A DNA stretch of 64,000 nt from an uncultured Holophagae bacterium (GTDB lineage Bacteria; Acidobacteriota; Thermoanaerobaculia; Thermoanaerobaculales; Sulfomarinibacteraceae): NCBI GenBank assembly GCA_963844865.1, contig CAWJPY010000004.1:80438-144437 (forward strand). Direction: 5' to 3'. Position 1 is the first letter of the stretch. Every line of letters begins with the position of its first letter. The position numbers were made by a program, and so were the translations under genes. Of this stretch, positions 9,291 through 23,010 are shown one piece after another. Below the pieces are notes generated by a model. It saw nothing but the letters and a program-made list of their open reading frames with translations, made no database searches and was not told the origin of the DNA.

Positions 9291-11006
9291 TCAGGAGGCG
9301 TCGCGGGCGGAGAACCGACGGATCGTGAGGCCCAGGGCCACCAGCACGAGCACGATGATCACCAGGGAGACGCCCAACCCCACGCGGCGGAAGTGGAGCT
9401 CGCGGAGGGCCGCCTCGCCGTCCTTCAGGGCGGCCTCAGCGTGGGTGACGCCCTCTGCCCTGGTCGTCTCGAACTGGGACTCGGGAGCGGCGGTGAAGCC
9501 GTGCACGAGCACCTCGAGCTCGATCTGGGAGTTGACCGCCTGGTCGATCTCGGGCAGCGCCTTGACCACCTCGACGCCGCCCCGCTTGGCTGCGAGCATG
9601 ATGCGCTCCGACCGGGCCGTGAGCCCGGTCAGCTCCCACATGCCGTTCAGGTACGCCTCGCTCGTGGCCAGCCCGCCGTTCTCGCCTCCCCCCGTGCCGT
9701 GGCAGTCGCCGCAACGCACCACCTGCTCGCTCCGCTCCTCCCCGGTCACCGGGTCCTGGTAGGTGTAGGTGGTCGTACCGATCCGGAACTTGTCGAAGAG
9801 GTGCTTGAACTCGGGACGCAGCACCGGCTGCCCACCCTCCCCCGCGACGGTGTGATAGGGCAACCTCTGCGCCCGCTCCACCAGGGCGTTGAAGCGTGCC
9901 TCGCCCTCCAGGTTCGCCGTCTCCGCCAGCAGCTCGTCCCGCACCCGCTGGAAGGTGTGCAGGGCGGAGGGGGGCTCGGGAACCGCCTCCGCGATCGTCC
10001 CCTTGGGCTCGTGGCAGAAGGCGCAGGGGGTCGGGGGCAGGGGCTGGAGCATGGCCACCGTGGGCCGGATCACGGAGTGGTTGCCGTGGCAGGTGACGCA
10101 CTCGGAGAAGGCGTGCACCCTGGTCACGCTGGCCGCCGGCTCGGGTGGCTCATGGCAGGCCGCGCACCGCTGACCGCCGGCCCCTGGAGATACTCGTTGT
10201 GCTCCTCGAAGCCCTCGTGCTTCCGGCTGGCGCGGAAGAGATCAGCCTCGCGCCCGTGGCACTGGCCGCAGACGAAGGCGATGGACTCCAACCCCGGGGG
10301 GGTCGCGCCGTGGTTGCCGTGGCAGTCGTTGCAGGTGGGTGCGGACAGGTCGTCCCGCCGCAGCAGCGCCGCGGCATGGACGCTGCGCTCCCAGCGCGCG
10401 TACTGGTCGACGGGCAGTGGGCGGCCGTCGGGCAGGGTGTAGCCGGCCATGTGCCGGGGATCGGCGTGGCAGCGGCCGCAGGTGTCGGCGACGTTCTTGG
10501 GGTACACGGGGGCGGCGATGTCCCGCGGCGACAGGATCGGGTGCACGCCGTGGCAGTCGACGCAGGTCGCGACCTTGGTGTCGCCCTTGCTGAGGAGCTG
10601 CCCGTGGTGGCTGGTCCAGTACTCTTTCTCCTGGTCCACCCGCTCGCCCGGGTTGAAGCGCTTCATGAAGTCGGGATCGGAGTGGCAGCGGCCGCAGAAG
10701 TCCGGCACCTCGGTCCGCGGCCGGGGCTCCGTGGAAGGGATTGGGCGCGTACTGGGCGTCCATGGCCGCGTCCATGTCCTCGGCCAGGGAGGGGTCCGGG
10801 TTGCCGCCGTGGCAGGCCTCGCACCCCAGCCCCGCCGCGGCGTGCACCCCCCCCCGCCAGCCGTCGACGATCTTCAGCTCCCGGCCCTCGAAGAGATCCG
10901 GGTTGCCGTGGCAGGTGACACAGGAGCTGGCGGCGTTCACCGCCGACGGGGCGGCGACGAGCACGACGAGGGCGGGCACGAGGACAGAGAGGACTCGTCG
11001 TACCAT
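9291..11006 (-). CDS. Membrane-anchored multiheme cytochrome c (11 CXXCH), split by two frameshifts
   Basis: Signal peptide from ATG 11006; CVTCH, CEACH | shift ~10720 | CGRCH, CVDCH, CGRCH, CNDCH, CGQCH | shift ~10180 | CAACH, CVTCH, CAFCH, CGDCH; C-terminal TM helix. Confidence 0.85.
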
Positions 11007-11008
11007 GC

Positions 11009-12169
11009 TCAACCCCGGTACCTGGTGATCACGGACATCCCGACCATGAGAAGTGCCGCCGCCGCCACCACCCCTACCGGCACCAGCGAGTGGTAGCCCC
11101 AGGAGGTCATGACCACCATGAAGACCACCCCCAGGGCGCCGATGGCGGTGAAGATCGGGCTCCGTCCCCTCGTGACAACGCCGCGGTCCAGGAACGGCAC
11201 CAGGAGCAGCAGGAGGGCGGCGAGACCGAAGAGCAGGATCGGGAACGCCTCGTACTCGATGCCCACCACCTCGCCGCCGGGCACCAGCTTGAGGGTCTGG
11301 AACATGAACATGAAGTACCACTCCGGCCGGATGTTGGCCGGCGCCGGGGCGAAGGGGTCCGCCTTCTGCCCGAGCTCCCAGGGGAAGAGGGCGGCCAGGG
11401 CCGCCAGGACCCCGAGGGCGACGGTCCAGCCGAAGAGGTCGCGCAGCACGAAGTGCGGGATGAAGCGCATGGGCCGGCGGGTCGAGGCCTCCTTCTCCCG
11501 CCCCGGCGGCACGCTCATGCCCTGCAGCTGCACCAGCACCAGGTGGATCCCCAGCAGCAGGGTGGCGAGGGCCGGCAGCACCGCCACGTGCAGGCCGTAG
11601 AACCGGGAGAGCGTGCCCCCGGTGACCCGGTCGCCGCCGCGCAGGAACCGCAGCATCCACTCCCCCACCCCCGGCACCGTGCCCGCGATGTCGGTGCCCA
11701 CCTTGGTCGCGAGGAAGGAGAGCTCGTTCCAGGGCAGGAGGTAGCCCGAGAAGCCGAATCCGAGGGCCAGGAAGAGGACCAGGCAGCCGGTCACCCAGGT
11801 CAGCTCCCGGGGCGGCCGGTAGGCCTTGCCGAAGTAGACCGTGGCCAGGTGCACGAACGCGAAGAAGATCATCAGGTTGGCCGACCAGGAGTGGATGGAC
11901 CGGATCAGCCAGCCGAAGGGCACCGTGGTCATCAGGAACTCCACCGACTCGAAGGCGTGGTCCGCGGAGGGCCGGTAGTAGAGCATCAGCAGGATGCCGG
12001 TTGAGACCTGGACGATGAAGAAGAAGAGGGTCATCCCGCCGAAGTAGTAGACCACCGAGGCGCGGTGCGAGGGCACCGTCTTGTGGAGGAGGGCGTCCCG
12101 GACCACGGAGATGGTCAGGCGCTGGTCGAACCAGTCATACAGACGCTGCCACCGGGTGCCGCTCGTCAT
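11009..12169 (-). CDS. Cytochrome b subunit of a Rieske/cytochrome b complex
   Basis: [37 protein letters not shown]; ATGA overlap with the Rieske gene. Confidence 0.93.
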   Translation of the reverse strand: MTSGTRWQRLYDWFDQRLTISVVRDALLHKTVPSHRASVVYYFGGMTLFFFIVQVSTGILLMLYYRPSADHAFESVEFLMTTVPFGWLIRSIHSWSANLMIFFAFVHLATVYFGKAYRPPRELTWVTGCLVLFLALGFGFSGYLLPWNELSFLATKVGTDIAGTVPGVGEWMLRFLRGGDRVTGGTLSRFYGLHVAVLPALATLLLGIHLVLVQLQGMSVPPGREKEASTRRPMRFIPHFVLRDLFGWTVALGVLAALAALFPWELGQKADPFAPAPANIRPEWYFMFMFQTLKLVPGGEVVGIEYEAFPILLFGLAALLLLLVPFLDRGVVTRGRSPIFTAIGALGVVFMVVMTSWGYHSLVPVGVVAAAALLMVGMSVITRYRG

Positions 12170-12654
12170 GACTTCTGCACCACGATCTTCTCGGGCTGCT
12201 GGGAGCCCTGCTCCAGGAGGTGGACCTGATAGGCCTCGAGGGGCCTGGGGGGCGGGCCCGACACGTTGCGCCCGGAAAGGTCGTACACGCCGCCGTGGCA
12301 GGCGCACCAGATCCGCGCCTTGTCCTTCTCATACTGCACGATGCAGCCCAGGTGGGTGCACACCGCCGAGAAGGCGCGGACGTCCGTGTCGGACACCTTG
12401 ACGACGATCACCGGCTGGCCGCCGAAACGGACGATCTTGTACCCCTTCTCGACGAGCTCGGGATCGTTGACGGCTCCTGCCTCGACCTGGGAGGTGGTGG
12501 CCTCCGGCACCTCCGGCGGGCTCAGGAAGCGGACGACCGGGTACAGGATCGCCACCGCCAACGCCCCCACCGAGGTGCCGAGGAACCAGCTCAGCAACGT
12601 GCGCCGTCCCTGATCGAGCCCCGTTCCTCGCTCCCCTGCGTCCGGGGTGGTCAT
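12166..12654 (-). CDS. Rieske iron-sulfur protein
   Basis: Tat-like GRRTLL plus TM helix; CTHLGC and CACHGG; GPPPRPL. Confidence 0.93.
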   Translation of the reverse strand: MTTPDAGERGTGLDQGRRTLLSWFLGTSVGALAVAILYPVVRFLSPPEVPEATTSQVEAGAVNDPELVEKGYKIVRFGGQPVIVVKVSDTDVRAFSAVCTHLGCIVQYEKDKARIWCACHGGVYDLSGRNVSGPPPRPLEAYQVHLLEQGSQQPEKIVVQKS

Positions 12655-12937
12655 CCCTGCCACGTGCCTCTCTCGACCTCCATCCCGGGCCGCCGCGCCG
12701 ACGTCGTCGCGGTGCTCGGGGGTTTCGATACGTCCGGATCGAGCCGTGGAATCATTCTTACACATGCCTCCACAGATCGCCAGCGCGGAGCGGGTATCAG
12801 CCACCGCCGCTGTTGCTGTCACTGCCTCTGGTGACGAGGTAACCTCGCAGAGATGCCCGCACGTTGAAATGCCGCGACGTGGTCGCGTACGTCGGGCGCA
12901 GCCTCGGCGCAGGCTTCGGTCGCGGTGGCGCCGGTGC

Positions 12938-14326
12938 CTAGCCGTCGTGGTTCTTGGACGAATCCGACTCCAGCTCGCCCTCGAAGACCATGAGGTCCAG
13001 CTTGCCCGGGTCCTCCAGGAGCTGCTGGGCCACCAGGAAGCCGGCGGCGCTCCACACCTGGTTCCTGCGCGCCTGCTTGCCGATCAGGCGGCCCAGCCGG
13101 CCGTCGTAGTACTCGGGCCAGCCGTCCCGGTCGAGGTACTCCGCAGCCGGCTCCAGGGCGCGCTCCACGAGCTCCCGCCGATCCGCCTGCAGGGCGGCGG
13201 CGGCCAGCAGCCAGATCAGGAAGGGCCAGCTTCCACCGTTGTGATAGGACCAGGGCGTGTTCTTGGGGTCGCTGCCGGTGATGAGCTGCCAGTCCCGTCC
13301 TTCGACGGCGGGGTAGCAGAGCTTCATGGGCATCTCCCCCACCAGGTCGTCCCACCGCTCCTCCAACAGCCGCATGAGGGCGGTCCGCTGGTCCGACGTC
13401 GCGAGACCGATGAGCACGGAGAGCAGGTTGCCCTGGGCGAGGAAACGGAAGTCCATGCGCGCCGGTCCCAGGTTGGCCACGAAGTAGCCGCTGTCCAGGG
13501 GCAGCCAGGTCATGATCCAGTCCGGGATGCTGTCCGGGTAGATGTTGAACGCGTTGGCGGCATTGTCGCCCGACTCCTCCACCTGGAACCGGTAGATCTC
13601 GTTGAGGCGGTGGAGGTCCAGCCAGTAGTACTGACGGAGGTGGTGGACGAGCTGGCCCAGGTGCTCGGACACGGCCTCCTGGAGCTCATCGCCCTCGGGA
13701 AGGAGCTCGCTCGCCGACCGCAGCGCCGCGATCAGGAGGGCCTGGATGTCCAGCGGATGGCCGTAGACGCCCAGGCGCCGGTCGATGGTGAAGGCGCCGT
13801 CGGGGACCAGGAGGGTGGGCAGCATGTCCAGGCCCGAGGTCAGGGTGTGGTCGATGATTCCGCGCACCGCGTCCTGGACCGGTTCCCGCTCGGCGAGCTC
13901 ACGGTCGCCGACCAGCTTCGTGTAGATGCGCAGCAGCAGCAGCCACCACAGGCCGGAGTCGATGGGCGTCACCCGGGCGATGGAGTGCTCCCCGAAGTCG
14001 GCGACGATCTTCTCCTTGCCCTCCCGCTCCTCGACGCTGAAGTTGGCAGGCATCAGGCCGTGGCCCGGCCGGTACCAGTCCATGTGCCGCTGCCGACCCT
14101 GGAGCACACCCACCTCGACCAGGAAGTTGGAGACGATCTCGGCGTCTCCCCGCAGCAGGAACGCCAGGCCGGCGACGAAGAAGTCGCGGACGAAGACGCG
14201 GTCGTAGTTGGGGCCTTCGGAGACCGGGTCGCGGGCCGCCACCGTGCCCACCCGTCGACCGTCCAGGGTCACGACCGCCTCCTCCAGGACCTTCCACGCG
14301 CTCGTTGTCACCTTCTCCAGGCTCAT
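12938..14326 (-). CDS. Alkaline/neutral invertase (GH100)
   Basis: [91 protein letters not shown]. Confidence 0.93.
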   Translation of the reverse strand: MSLEKVTTSAWKVLEEAVVTLDGRRVGTVAARDPVSEGPNYDRVFVRDFFVAGLAFLLRGDAEIVSNFLVEVGVLQGRQRHMDWYRPGHGLMPANFSVEEREGKEKIVADFGEHSIARVTPIDSGLWWLLLLRIYTKLVGDRELAEREPVQDAVRGIIDHTLTSGLDMLPTLLVPDGAFTIDRRLGVYGHPLDIQALLIAALRSASELLPEGDELQEAVSEHLGQLVHHLRQYYWLDLHRLNEIYRFQVEESGDNAANAFNIYPDSIPDWIMTWLPLDSGYFVANLGPARMDFRFLAQGNLLSVLIGLATSDQRTALMRLLEERWDDLVGEMPMKLCYPAVEGRDWQLITGSDPKNTPWSYHNGGSWPFLIWLLAAAALQADRRELVERALEPAAEYLDRDGWPEYYDGRLGRLIGKQARRNQVWSAAGFLVAQQLLEDPGKLDLMVFEGELESDSSKNHDG

Positions 14327-16314
14327 CCGTCACCTCCTCGCGGCGATCCGTCATCCGCGAGCTCACCATCCAGATCGTCCGAGAGCACCCGCAGCAGCTC
14401 CGCGACAGTCCACGCCTGGGCGATACAGCCCCGCGGGGTGTGGGGAGGATCCCCGTCGAAGATCTCGGAGCAGGTGCCCACCCCCGCGCTACGGAGCTGC
14501 TCCAAGGCGCCGCGCAGAAGCGCGGCAGCCTGCCGGCGTCCCTCCTGGCCCCGCAGTCGGATCAGCGCCGACAGGTACGGTCCGAGGAGCCATCCCCAGA
14601 CGGTCCCCTGGTGATACGCCCGGTCCCGGGAGGCGGGGTCGCCGGTGTAGGTCCCCCGATAGGCGGGGTGGTTGGGAGACAGACTGCGCAGCCCCACCGG
14701 GGTCAGGAGCAGGCTCTCCACTACCGTCAAGACCTCCCGCCCGCGGGCGTCGTCCAGCAGCACATGGGGCAACGACAGGGCGAAGACCTGATTCGGCCGC
14801 ACCGCGGGGTCCGGTCCGTCGGGTCCGATCACGTCGTAGAGGCAACCCAGGTGGGGGTTCCAGAAGAGCTCGGCGAAACGCCGCCGTGCCCTTTCGAATC
14901 GCTCGCGCAGATCTTGGGCCCGCTCCTCGGAGCCGAGCCTCGCCTCGAGCTCCGCCAGGATGGCGAGGGCGTTGCACCACAGCGCCTCCACCTCCACCGG
15001 CTTGCCCATCCTGGGGGTGATCACCTCACCCGCGACCCGGGCGTCCATCCAGGTGAGCTGCACGCCGTGCTCGCCGGCATCGAGGAGACCGTCCCGGGCC
15101 ACCCGGATGCCGTAGCGGGTGCCGCGGTCGTGCCAGTCCACGATCTCCCGGAGCACCGGCAGCAGGTCCGAGCGCACCATCTCCTCGTCCCCGGTGGCCT
15201 CCAGGTAGCGCCGCACTGCAACGAAGAACCACAGGGTGGCGTCCACCGTGTTGTACTCGGGCGCCTCCCCACCGTCGGGGAAGCGGTTGGGCAGCATGCC
15301 CTCATCGACGCTGGCCGCCCAGGCGCGCAGGATGCGGCCGGCCTGCTGGTGGCGATCCGTGGCCAGGCAGAGACCGGGCAGGGAGACCATGGTGTCCCGG
15401 CCCCAGTCGGTGAACCAGTGGTACCCGGCGATGACGGTGGCGCCCCCGTCGCCGCGGCGGACCAGGAACTGGTCGGCGGCCAGGCCCAGGGTCCGCGCAG
15501 GCTCGCCCTTGCCGGCCAGGGGGCCGAGCGCGTCCTCGCGGCGCTCCCGCTCTGCCTGCACCAACGCGAGGGCGTCCCGACCCGCCGTTGCCGTCGTGGA
15601 CAGGAGCACCCCGAGGGGGTGGCCGGGCTCCAGGGTCACCGCGAAGGAGCCGGGGCTCCACAGGTCCTCCTCGAAGTCGAGCCCGCGTTCGTGCTCCCGG
15701 GGGTACTGGAAGCGGTGGTACCAGTCGGCGTCCCCCTGGAAGGAGGCGCCGGGCACCCGTATCCAGACCCGCGGCGCGTGGGCTGCGGCGCGGTAGCGAA
15801 CGGTGTCGCCCTCCACCTCGACCTGTTGTGACAGTGCCGTGGCCGGCCCGAGTGAGTGGATCGGGCGCCAGGTCAGGAACGGCCGCAGCTCCAGGCGGAC
15901 CGGGCCGCTCGCCTCCGCGATCTCGTAGAGGACAGCGGTGGTTCCCTCGCCGAGGAGGCCGGCGATGGTCTTGAGCAGCCGTACCCCGCCCACTCGGTAC
16001 TCGAGCTGGACGAAGACGTCCCTGCGGAAGGCGGCCAGGTGGCGGTAACCCTCGGGGTGGACCACACCGGGATAGCAGTTGCAGCCCAGCTCCACCCGTC
16101 CGCCGTCGAGCTCGAGCGTCTCGTCCAACCGCGACACCAACACCTGTCGGTCCACCGGCGGCGCCCCGGCCGCCACCAGGAGCGCGTGGTAGCGGCGGGT
16201 GTGGGCCCCGCTCACCGTGGAGCTCGCCCAGCCGCCGAGGCCGTTGGTCTCGATCCACTCCAGGCGCGAGGCCCGGTCGAAGTCCGCGAGAACGTCGCCG
16301 GACAGCTCGATCAT
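14323..16314 (-). CDS. Glycogen debranching enzyme (amylo-alpha-1,6-glucosidase, GDE_N + GDE_C)
   Basis: EWIETNGLGGWAS, TRRYHALL, IAGYHWFTDWGRDT, YNTVDATLW, LTWMDA, YHQGTVW, GCIAQAWTVAE. Confidence 0.92.
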   Translation of the reverse strand: MIELSGDVLADFDRASRLEWIETNGLGGWASSTVSGAHTRRYHALLVAAGAPPVDRQVLVSRLDETLELDGGRVELGCNCYPGVVHPEGYRHLAAFRRDVFVQLEYRVGGVRLLKTIAGLLGEGTTAVLYEIAEASGPVRLELRPFLTWRPIHSLGPATALSQQVEVEGDTVRYRAAAHAPRVWIRVPGASFQGDADWYHRFQYPREHERGLDFEEDLWSPGSFAVTLEPGHPLGVLLSTTATAGRDALALVQAERERREDALGPLAGKGEPARTLGLAADQFLVRRGDGGATVIAGYHWFTDWGRDTMVSLPGLCLATDRHQQAGRILRAWAASVDEGMLPNRFPDGGEAPEYNTVDATLWFFVAVRRYLEATGDEEMVRSDLLPVLREIVDWHDRGTRYGIRVARDGLLDAGEHGVQLTWMDARVAGEVITPRMGKPVEVEALWCNALAILAELEARLGSEERAQDLRERFERARRRFAELFWNPHLGCLYDVIGPDGPDPAVRPNQVFALSLPHVLLDDARGREVLTVVESLLLTPVGLRSLSPNHPAYRGTYTGDPASRDRAYHQGTVWGWLLGPYLSALIRLRGQEGRRQAAALLRGALEQLRSAGVGTCSEIFDGDPPHTPRGCIAQAWTVAELLRVLSDDLDGELADDGSPRGGDG

Positions 16315-16317
16315 GGC

Positions 16318-17028
16318 TCAGCCGCCCGCCGTCACCGGGATGGCCGCCCCGTGGACGGCGCGGGCGGCGTCCGAGGCCAGGAACACGGCCACGTCGGCCA
16401 CCGCCCGGGGGCTCACCCAGGCCGTGGGATCAGCATCGGGCATGGCCGCCCGGTTCGAGGGCGTGTCCAGGGTGCCGGGCACCACCGCGTTGACGTTGAT
16501 GCCATGGCCCCCCAGCTCCGCGGCCAGGCTCTCGGTCAACCGCAGCACCGCCGCCTTGGCGGCGGCGTAGGCGGCGACGCCCTGGGGGGCCTGCCAGGCG
16601 TGGGGGCTGGCCGTGTTGACGATGCGGCCCCCGCCCCCGTCGATCATCACCGGCGCCACGGCCCGGCAGGCGTGGAAGGTGGTCTGGACGTTGATGTCGT
16701 ACAGCTCCTGCCAGGTCTCCCACCGATCGTTGAGGACGCCGGCGGCGGCGAAACCGCCCACGGTGTTGAACAGGGCGTCGATACGGCCGAAGGCATGCAC
16801 CACCCGCGCCACCGCGTCGTCCACGGTGTGGGGCTGGGTCTGGTCCACTCCCCCCACCAGGAGGTGCCGGCCCTCGGGAAGGTCCGAGAACGCCGCGCGC
16901 AACCGCTCGGCGGAGTGGTGGACCAGGGCCAGGCGGGCCCCGGCTTGGGCGAATGCGGCCGCCGCGGCCCGCCCCAGGTTGCCCGGGGCGCCGGTGATCA
17001 CCACCACCCGGTCGGTCAGCTCGAACAT
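16318..17028 (-). CDS. SDR-family oxidoreductase
   Basis: GGAGG RBS; VITGAPGNLG, YAAAK, NAVVPGTLDTP. Confidence 0.88.
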   Translation of the reverse strand: MFELTDRVVVITGAPGNLGRAAAAAFAQAGARLALVHHSAERLRAAFSDLPEGRHLLVGGVDQTQPHTVDDAVARVVHAFGRIDALFNTVGGFAAAGVLNDRWETWQELYDINVQTTFHACRAVAPVMIDGGGGRIVNTASPHAWQAPQGVAAYAAAKAAVLRLTESLAAELGGHGINVNAVVPGTLDTPSNRAAMPDADPTAWVSPRAVADVAVFLASDAARAVHGAAIPVTAGG

Positions 17029-17075
17029 CGCTCGTCCTCCCTTCAGCGCGAAGGCAGCTGCGGCCTCACGTCCGC

Positions 17076-17930
17076 TCAGCCCCCGGTGGCGAAGCCCGGG
17101 TACAGGGTCATGCCGCCGTCGATGAAGATGCTGGCGCCGGTGATGTAGTCGGCGTAGTCGGAGGCCAGCCAGGCGGCGGCCCGCCCGATGTCCGCCGTCT
17201 CCCCGATCCGCCGGTACGGGATGAGGGTGAGCAGGGACTGCATCGCGTCGTCGGTGTCCCACGCCTTCTTGTTGATGGGGGTGCGGATGGCGCCCGGGCA
17301 GAGGCTGTTGACGCGGATGCGGAACGGCGCCACCTCCTGGGCGATGCTGCGCATCATCATCATCACTCCGCCCTTGGAAGCGGCGTAGTTGACGTGCCCG
17401 GCCCAGGGGATGACCTCGTGCACCGAGGACATGCAGATGATCTTGCCGGCGGCGCAGGAGACCTCGGGCACCACACCCCGCCGCTTGAACTCCCGCACCG
17501 CCTCCCGGGCGCACAGGAACTGGCCCGTGAGGTTCACGGACAGCACCGTGTTCCACTGCTCGAGGCTCATCTCGGTGAAGGCGGCGTCCCGCTGCAGGCC
17601 GGCATTGTTGATGAGGATGTCGATGGTCCCGAAGCGCTCCTTCATGGTCCGGAACATGTCCTGGACCTGCGCCTCGTCCGAGACGTCGGCACGATGGGCG
17701 TAGCACTCCACGCCGTGGGAGCGCACCTCGCTCACCACCTCCTCGGCCGCCTCCTCGCCGCTCACCCAGTTCACCACCACGTCGGCGCCCTCCGCGCCGA
17801 GGGCGATGGCCACGCCCTTGCCGATCCCGGAGTTGGCGCCCGTGACCAGCGCCTTCTGGCCCTCCAGGAGACGCTTGGGCTGCACCTCGGGCATCACCAC
17901 CTCGGGGTAGCTCGCGTCGTTGTCGCTCAT
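17076..17930 (-). CDS. Glucose 1-dehydrogenase-like SDR
   Basis: TGANSGIG, NNAGLQRDA, SSVHEVIPW, NYAASKGG, PGAIRTPIN, DGGMTLYPGF. Confidence 0.88.
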   Translation of the reverse strand: MSDNDASYPEVVMPEVQPKRLLEGQKALVTGANSGIGKGVAIALGAEGADVVVNWVSGEEAAEEVVSEVRSHGVECYAHRADVSDEAQVQDMFRTMKERFGTIDILINNAGLQRDAAFTEMSLEQWNTVLSVNLTGQFLCAREAVREFKRRGVVPEVSCAAGKIICMSSVHEVIPWAGHVNYAASKGGVMMMMRSIAQEVAPFRIRVNSLCPGAIRTPINKKAWDTDDAMQSLLTLIPYRRIGETADIGRAAAWLASDYADYITGASIFIDGGMTLYPGFATGG

Positions 17931-17959
17931 GTTCGTCCTCCAAGTGCCGTGCGTTCGCC

Positions 17960-20593
<2,634 letters not shown>

Positions 20594-20713
20594 GACCCTC
20601 CCTGTCGGTGACCGGCCGCACCGTGGCGGCCATCGCTGACGTGCGATGTCTCGCGATCTGCAACATCTCCCGGGGGAGGTTCGTTCCGCCCGCGTCCGCG
20701 ACTGCGACCGGCG

Positions 20714-20753
20714 GCGGCGATCAGCTGCGGCGATCAGCTGCGGCGATCGCCGC
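20714..20753. repeat. Short tandem repeat GCGGCGATCAGCT x2 plus palindromic GCGGCGATCGCCGC
   Basis: Read directly from the intergenic sequence. Confidence 0.7.
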
Positions 20754-21527
20754 TCAGTCGCTGAACGAGCCGTGGCGGCCGGCGCCGCCGGCGAAGCGCA
20801 GGGCGCCCTGAGCGGTCTCGCCGCTGAGGACGGTGCGGGTGGCGTGGCCGAACTCGTTGGCCAGGGCGTCATCGAGGCCCATGCCGAACTGCTCGTGCGC
20901 ACTCTGCCGGTCGCCGTTCATACAGCGCTGTGGGAACCGGGAGATCTCGAGGGCCAGGCGTTCGGCCTCCTCGCGCGCGGTCCCATCCGCGACGACCCGG
21001 TTGGCGAGACCCCAGGCCAGGGCCTCCTCGGCGAGCACAGGCCGCCCCGTCAGCAGCATGTCCTGGGCGCGGGAGAGGCCGATGAGGCGCGGCAGGCGAA
21101 CCGTGCCGCCGTCGGCCAGGGGCACCCCCCAGCGCCGGCAGAAGACGCCGAAGACGGCGCTCTCCTCCACCACCCGGAGGTCGCACCACAGGGCGAGCTC
21201 GAGTCCGCCCGCGACCGCGTGCCCGGCCACCGCGGCGATGACCGGCTTGGGCAGGAGCATGCGGGTCGGGCCCATGGGGCCGTCGGCGCTCATGTCCGGG
21301 TCCATGAGGTTCTGGCGTCCCTCCAGCATTCCCTTGAGGTCGGCGCCGGCGCAGAAGGTGCCGCCCTCCCCCCACAGCACCGCCACCTTCGCCTCGCCAT
21401 CTTCCTCGAAGGCGCGGAACGCGTCGGCCAGCGCGCGGGCAGTGGGTGCATCCACCGCGTTGCGGAACTCGGGACGGGACAGGATCACGGTGGTAACGGG
21501 GCCGTTGCGTTCGCTGCGCACGCTCAT
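20754..21527 (-). CDS. Enoyl-CoA hydratase/crotonase family protein
   Basis: [51 protein letters not shown]. Confidence 0.92.
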   Translation of the reverse strand: MSVRSERNGPVTTVILSRPEFRNAVDAPTARALADAFRAFEEDGEAKVAVLWGEGGTFCAGADLKGMLEGRQNLMDPDMSADGPMGPTRMLLPKPVIAAVAGHAVAGGLELALWCDLRVVEESAVFGVFCRRWGVPLADGGTVRLPRLIGLSRAQDMLLTGRPVLAEEALAWGLANRVVADGTAREEAERLALEISRFPQRCMNGDRQSAHEQFGMGLDDALANEFGHATRTVLSGETAQGALRFAGGAGRHGSFSD

Positions 21528-21658
21528 GGCTGGCTCCTTTCACGATCGCTTCGGGCCAGCCTACGGATGGGCGGCGGCAGCCGTCAAGGGTCGCCTCTTG
21601 CGGCTCGCCGGCGACTCGAGGATGATGATGGCGCCCGGCGGACACACAGGGAGGCCCC

Positions 21659-22810
21659 ATGGACCTGACCCCGAGCCCCCAGGAAGCGGCCTTCCGCCAG
21701 GAGCTGCGGTCCTGGCTGGAGGCGAACAAGCCGGCCCCCTTCGCGGGCCGGTTCGCGAGCCGGGAGCACCTGGCCTACCTCAAGGCATGGCAGCGTGCGC
21801 TCGCCGCCGGGGGCTGGCTGGGCATCACCTGGCCGGTGGAGTACGGAGGCCGGGGCCTCACCCCCATCGAGCAGGCCATCTTCGTGGAGGAGGCGGCTCG
21901 GGCCGGCGCTCCCGAGGTGGTGGGGGCCATCGGTATCGCCATCATCGGACCCACCATCGCGCTCCTCGGCAGCGAGGAGCAGAAGCGGCGCTATCTGGAG
22001 AAGATGCTCCTCGGCGAGGAGGTCTGGGCGGCCGGTTTCTCCGAGCCCAACGCGGGCTCGGACCTGGGCGCCATGACCACGCGGGCGGTGCTCGACGGCG
22101 ACCACTTCGTGGTCAACGGCCAGAAGACCTGGACCAGCTTCGCCCACATCTCGGACTGGATCTTCCTCATGGTGCGCACCGATCCCGAGGCCCCCAAGTT
22201 CCGGGGCATCAGCGCCCTGATGGTGGACATGGCGACCCCTGGAGTCTCGGTGCGGCCGCTCAGGCAGATGACGGGCGAGGCCGAGTTCAACGAGGTCTTC
22301 TTCTCCGACGTGAGGGTGCCCGCAGCCAACCTGTTCGGCGAGCTCAACGGGGGCTGGAACGTGCTCATCACCGCGTTGATGTTCGAGCGCGCCAACCTCG
22401 GGGGCCACTTCCAGGCGCAGCTGGCCGGCTTCCTGAACCGCCTGCTCGCCGTGGTGAAGGAGCGGGGCCTCGGCGACGACCCCGTCGTGCGCAGCAAGAT
22501 CGCCCAGGCCTACCTGGAGTACGGGACCTTCCGGGTGACCCTGGCGCGGGCCATGAGCAAGGTGGGGAAGGGCCAGATGCCGGGGCCCGAGGGCTCCATC
22601 CTCAAGGTCTTCTGGAGCGAGCTCAACCAGCGCATGGCGCGCTGGGCGACGGAGATCCTGGGCCCCTACGGCCAGCTCACCGAGGGCGAGCTCGCCCCCT
22701 TTTCCTACAACTACCTGCGCAGCCGCGGCAACACCATCGAGGCCGGCACCAGCGAGGTCATGCGCAACACCATCGCCAACCGCGTCCTCGGCCTGCCCAA
22801 GACGTTCTGA
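21659..22810 (+). CDS. Acyl-CoA dehydrogenase
   Basis: WPVEYGG, FSEPNAGSDL, NGQKTWTS, FNEVFF, TIEAGTSEVMRN. Confidence 0.92.
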   Translation: MDLTPSPQEAAFRQELRSWLEANKPAPFAGRFASREHLAYLKAWQRALAAGGWLGITWPVEYGGRGLTPIEQAIFVEEAARAGAPEVVGAIGIAIIGPTIALLGSEEQKRRYLEKMLLGEEVWAAGFSEPNAGSDLGAMTTRAVLDGDHFVVNGQKTWTSFAHISDWIFLMVRTDPEAPKFRGISALMVDMATPGVSVRPLRQMTGEAEFNEVFFSDVRVPAANLFGELNGGWNVLITALMFERANLGGHFQAQLAGFLNRLLAVVKERGLGDDPVVRSKIAQAYLEYGTFRVTLARAMSKVGKGQMPGPEGSILKVFWSELNQRMARWATEILGPYGQLTEGELAPFSYNYLRSRGNTIEAGTSEVMRNTIANRVLGLPKTF

Positions 22811-22817
22811 GCGCCCC

Positions 22818-22925
22818 ACCCGCGCCCGCGTCCGCGTCCGCGTCCGCATCCGACTCTGCATCGCGGCAGCGAACGGCGGCAGCGTCAGTCGCAGCGCCAG
22901 CGTTCAGCGACAGCGTTCAGCGTCG
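22818..22925. repeat. Degenerate hexamer-period intergenic repeat tract
   Basis: cccgcgcccgcgtccgcgtccgcgtccgcatccgactctgca...cagcgttcagcgacagcgttcagcg between convergent genes. Confidence 0.6.
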
Positions 22926-23010
22926 GTGGTCAGCGGACAGTCGCACAGTCGCCGCCATCTCGTTCGACTCGCTGACCACGATCGGTGCCAGGTCCTGCTG
23001 ACGCGGTCGG

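Noticed and set aside
10170-10730. Programmed ribosomal frameshifting in the multiheme cytochrome
   Set aside because: No slippery heptamer, and similar indels are scattered across unrelated genes, which fits sequencing error better.
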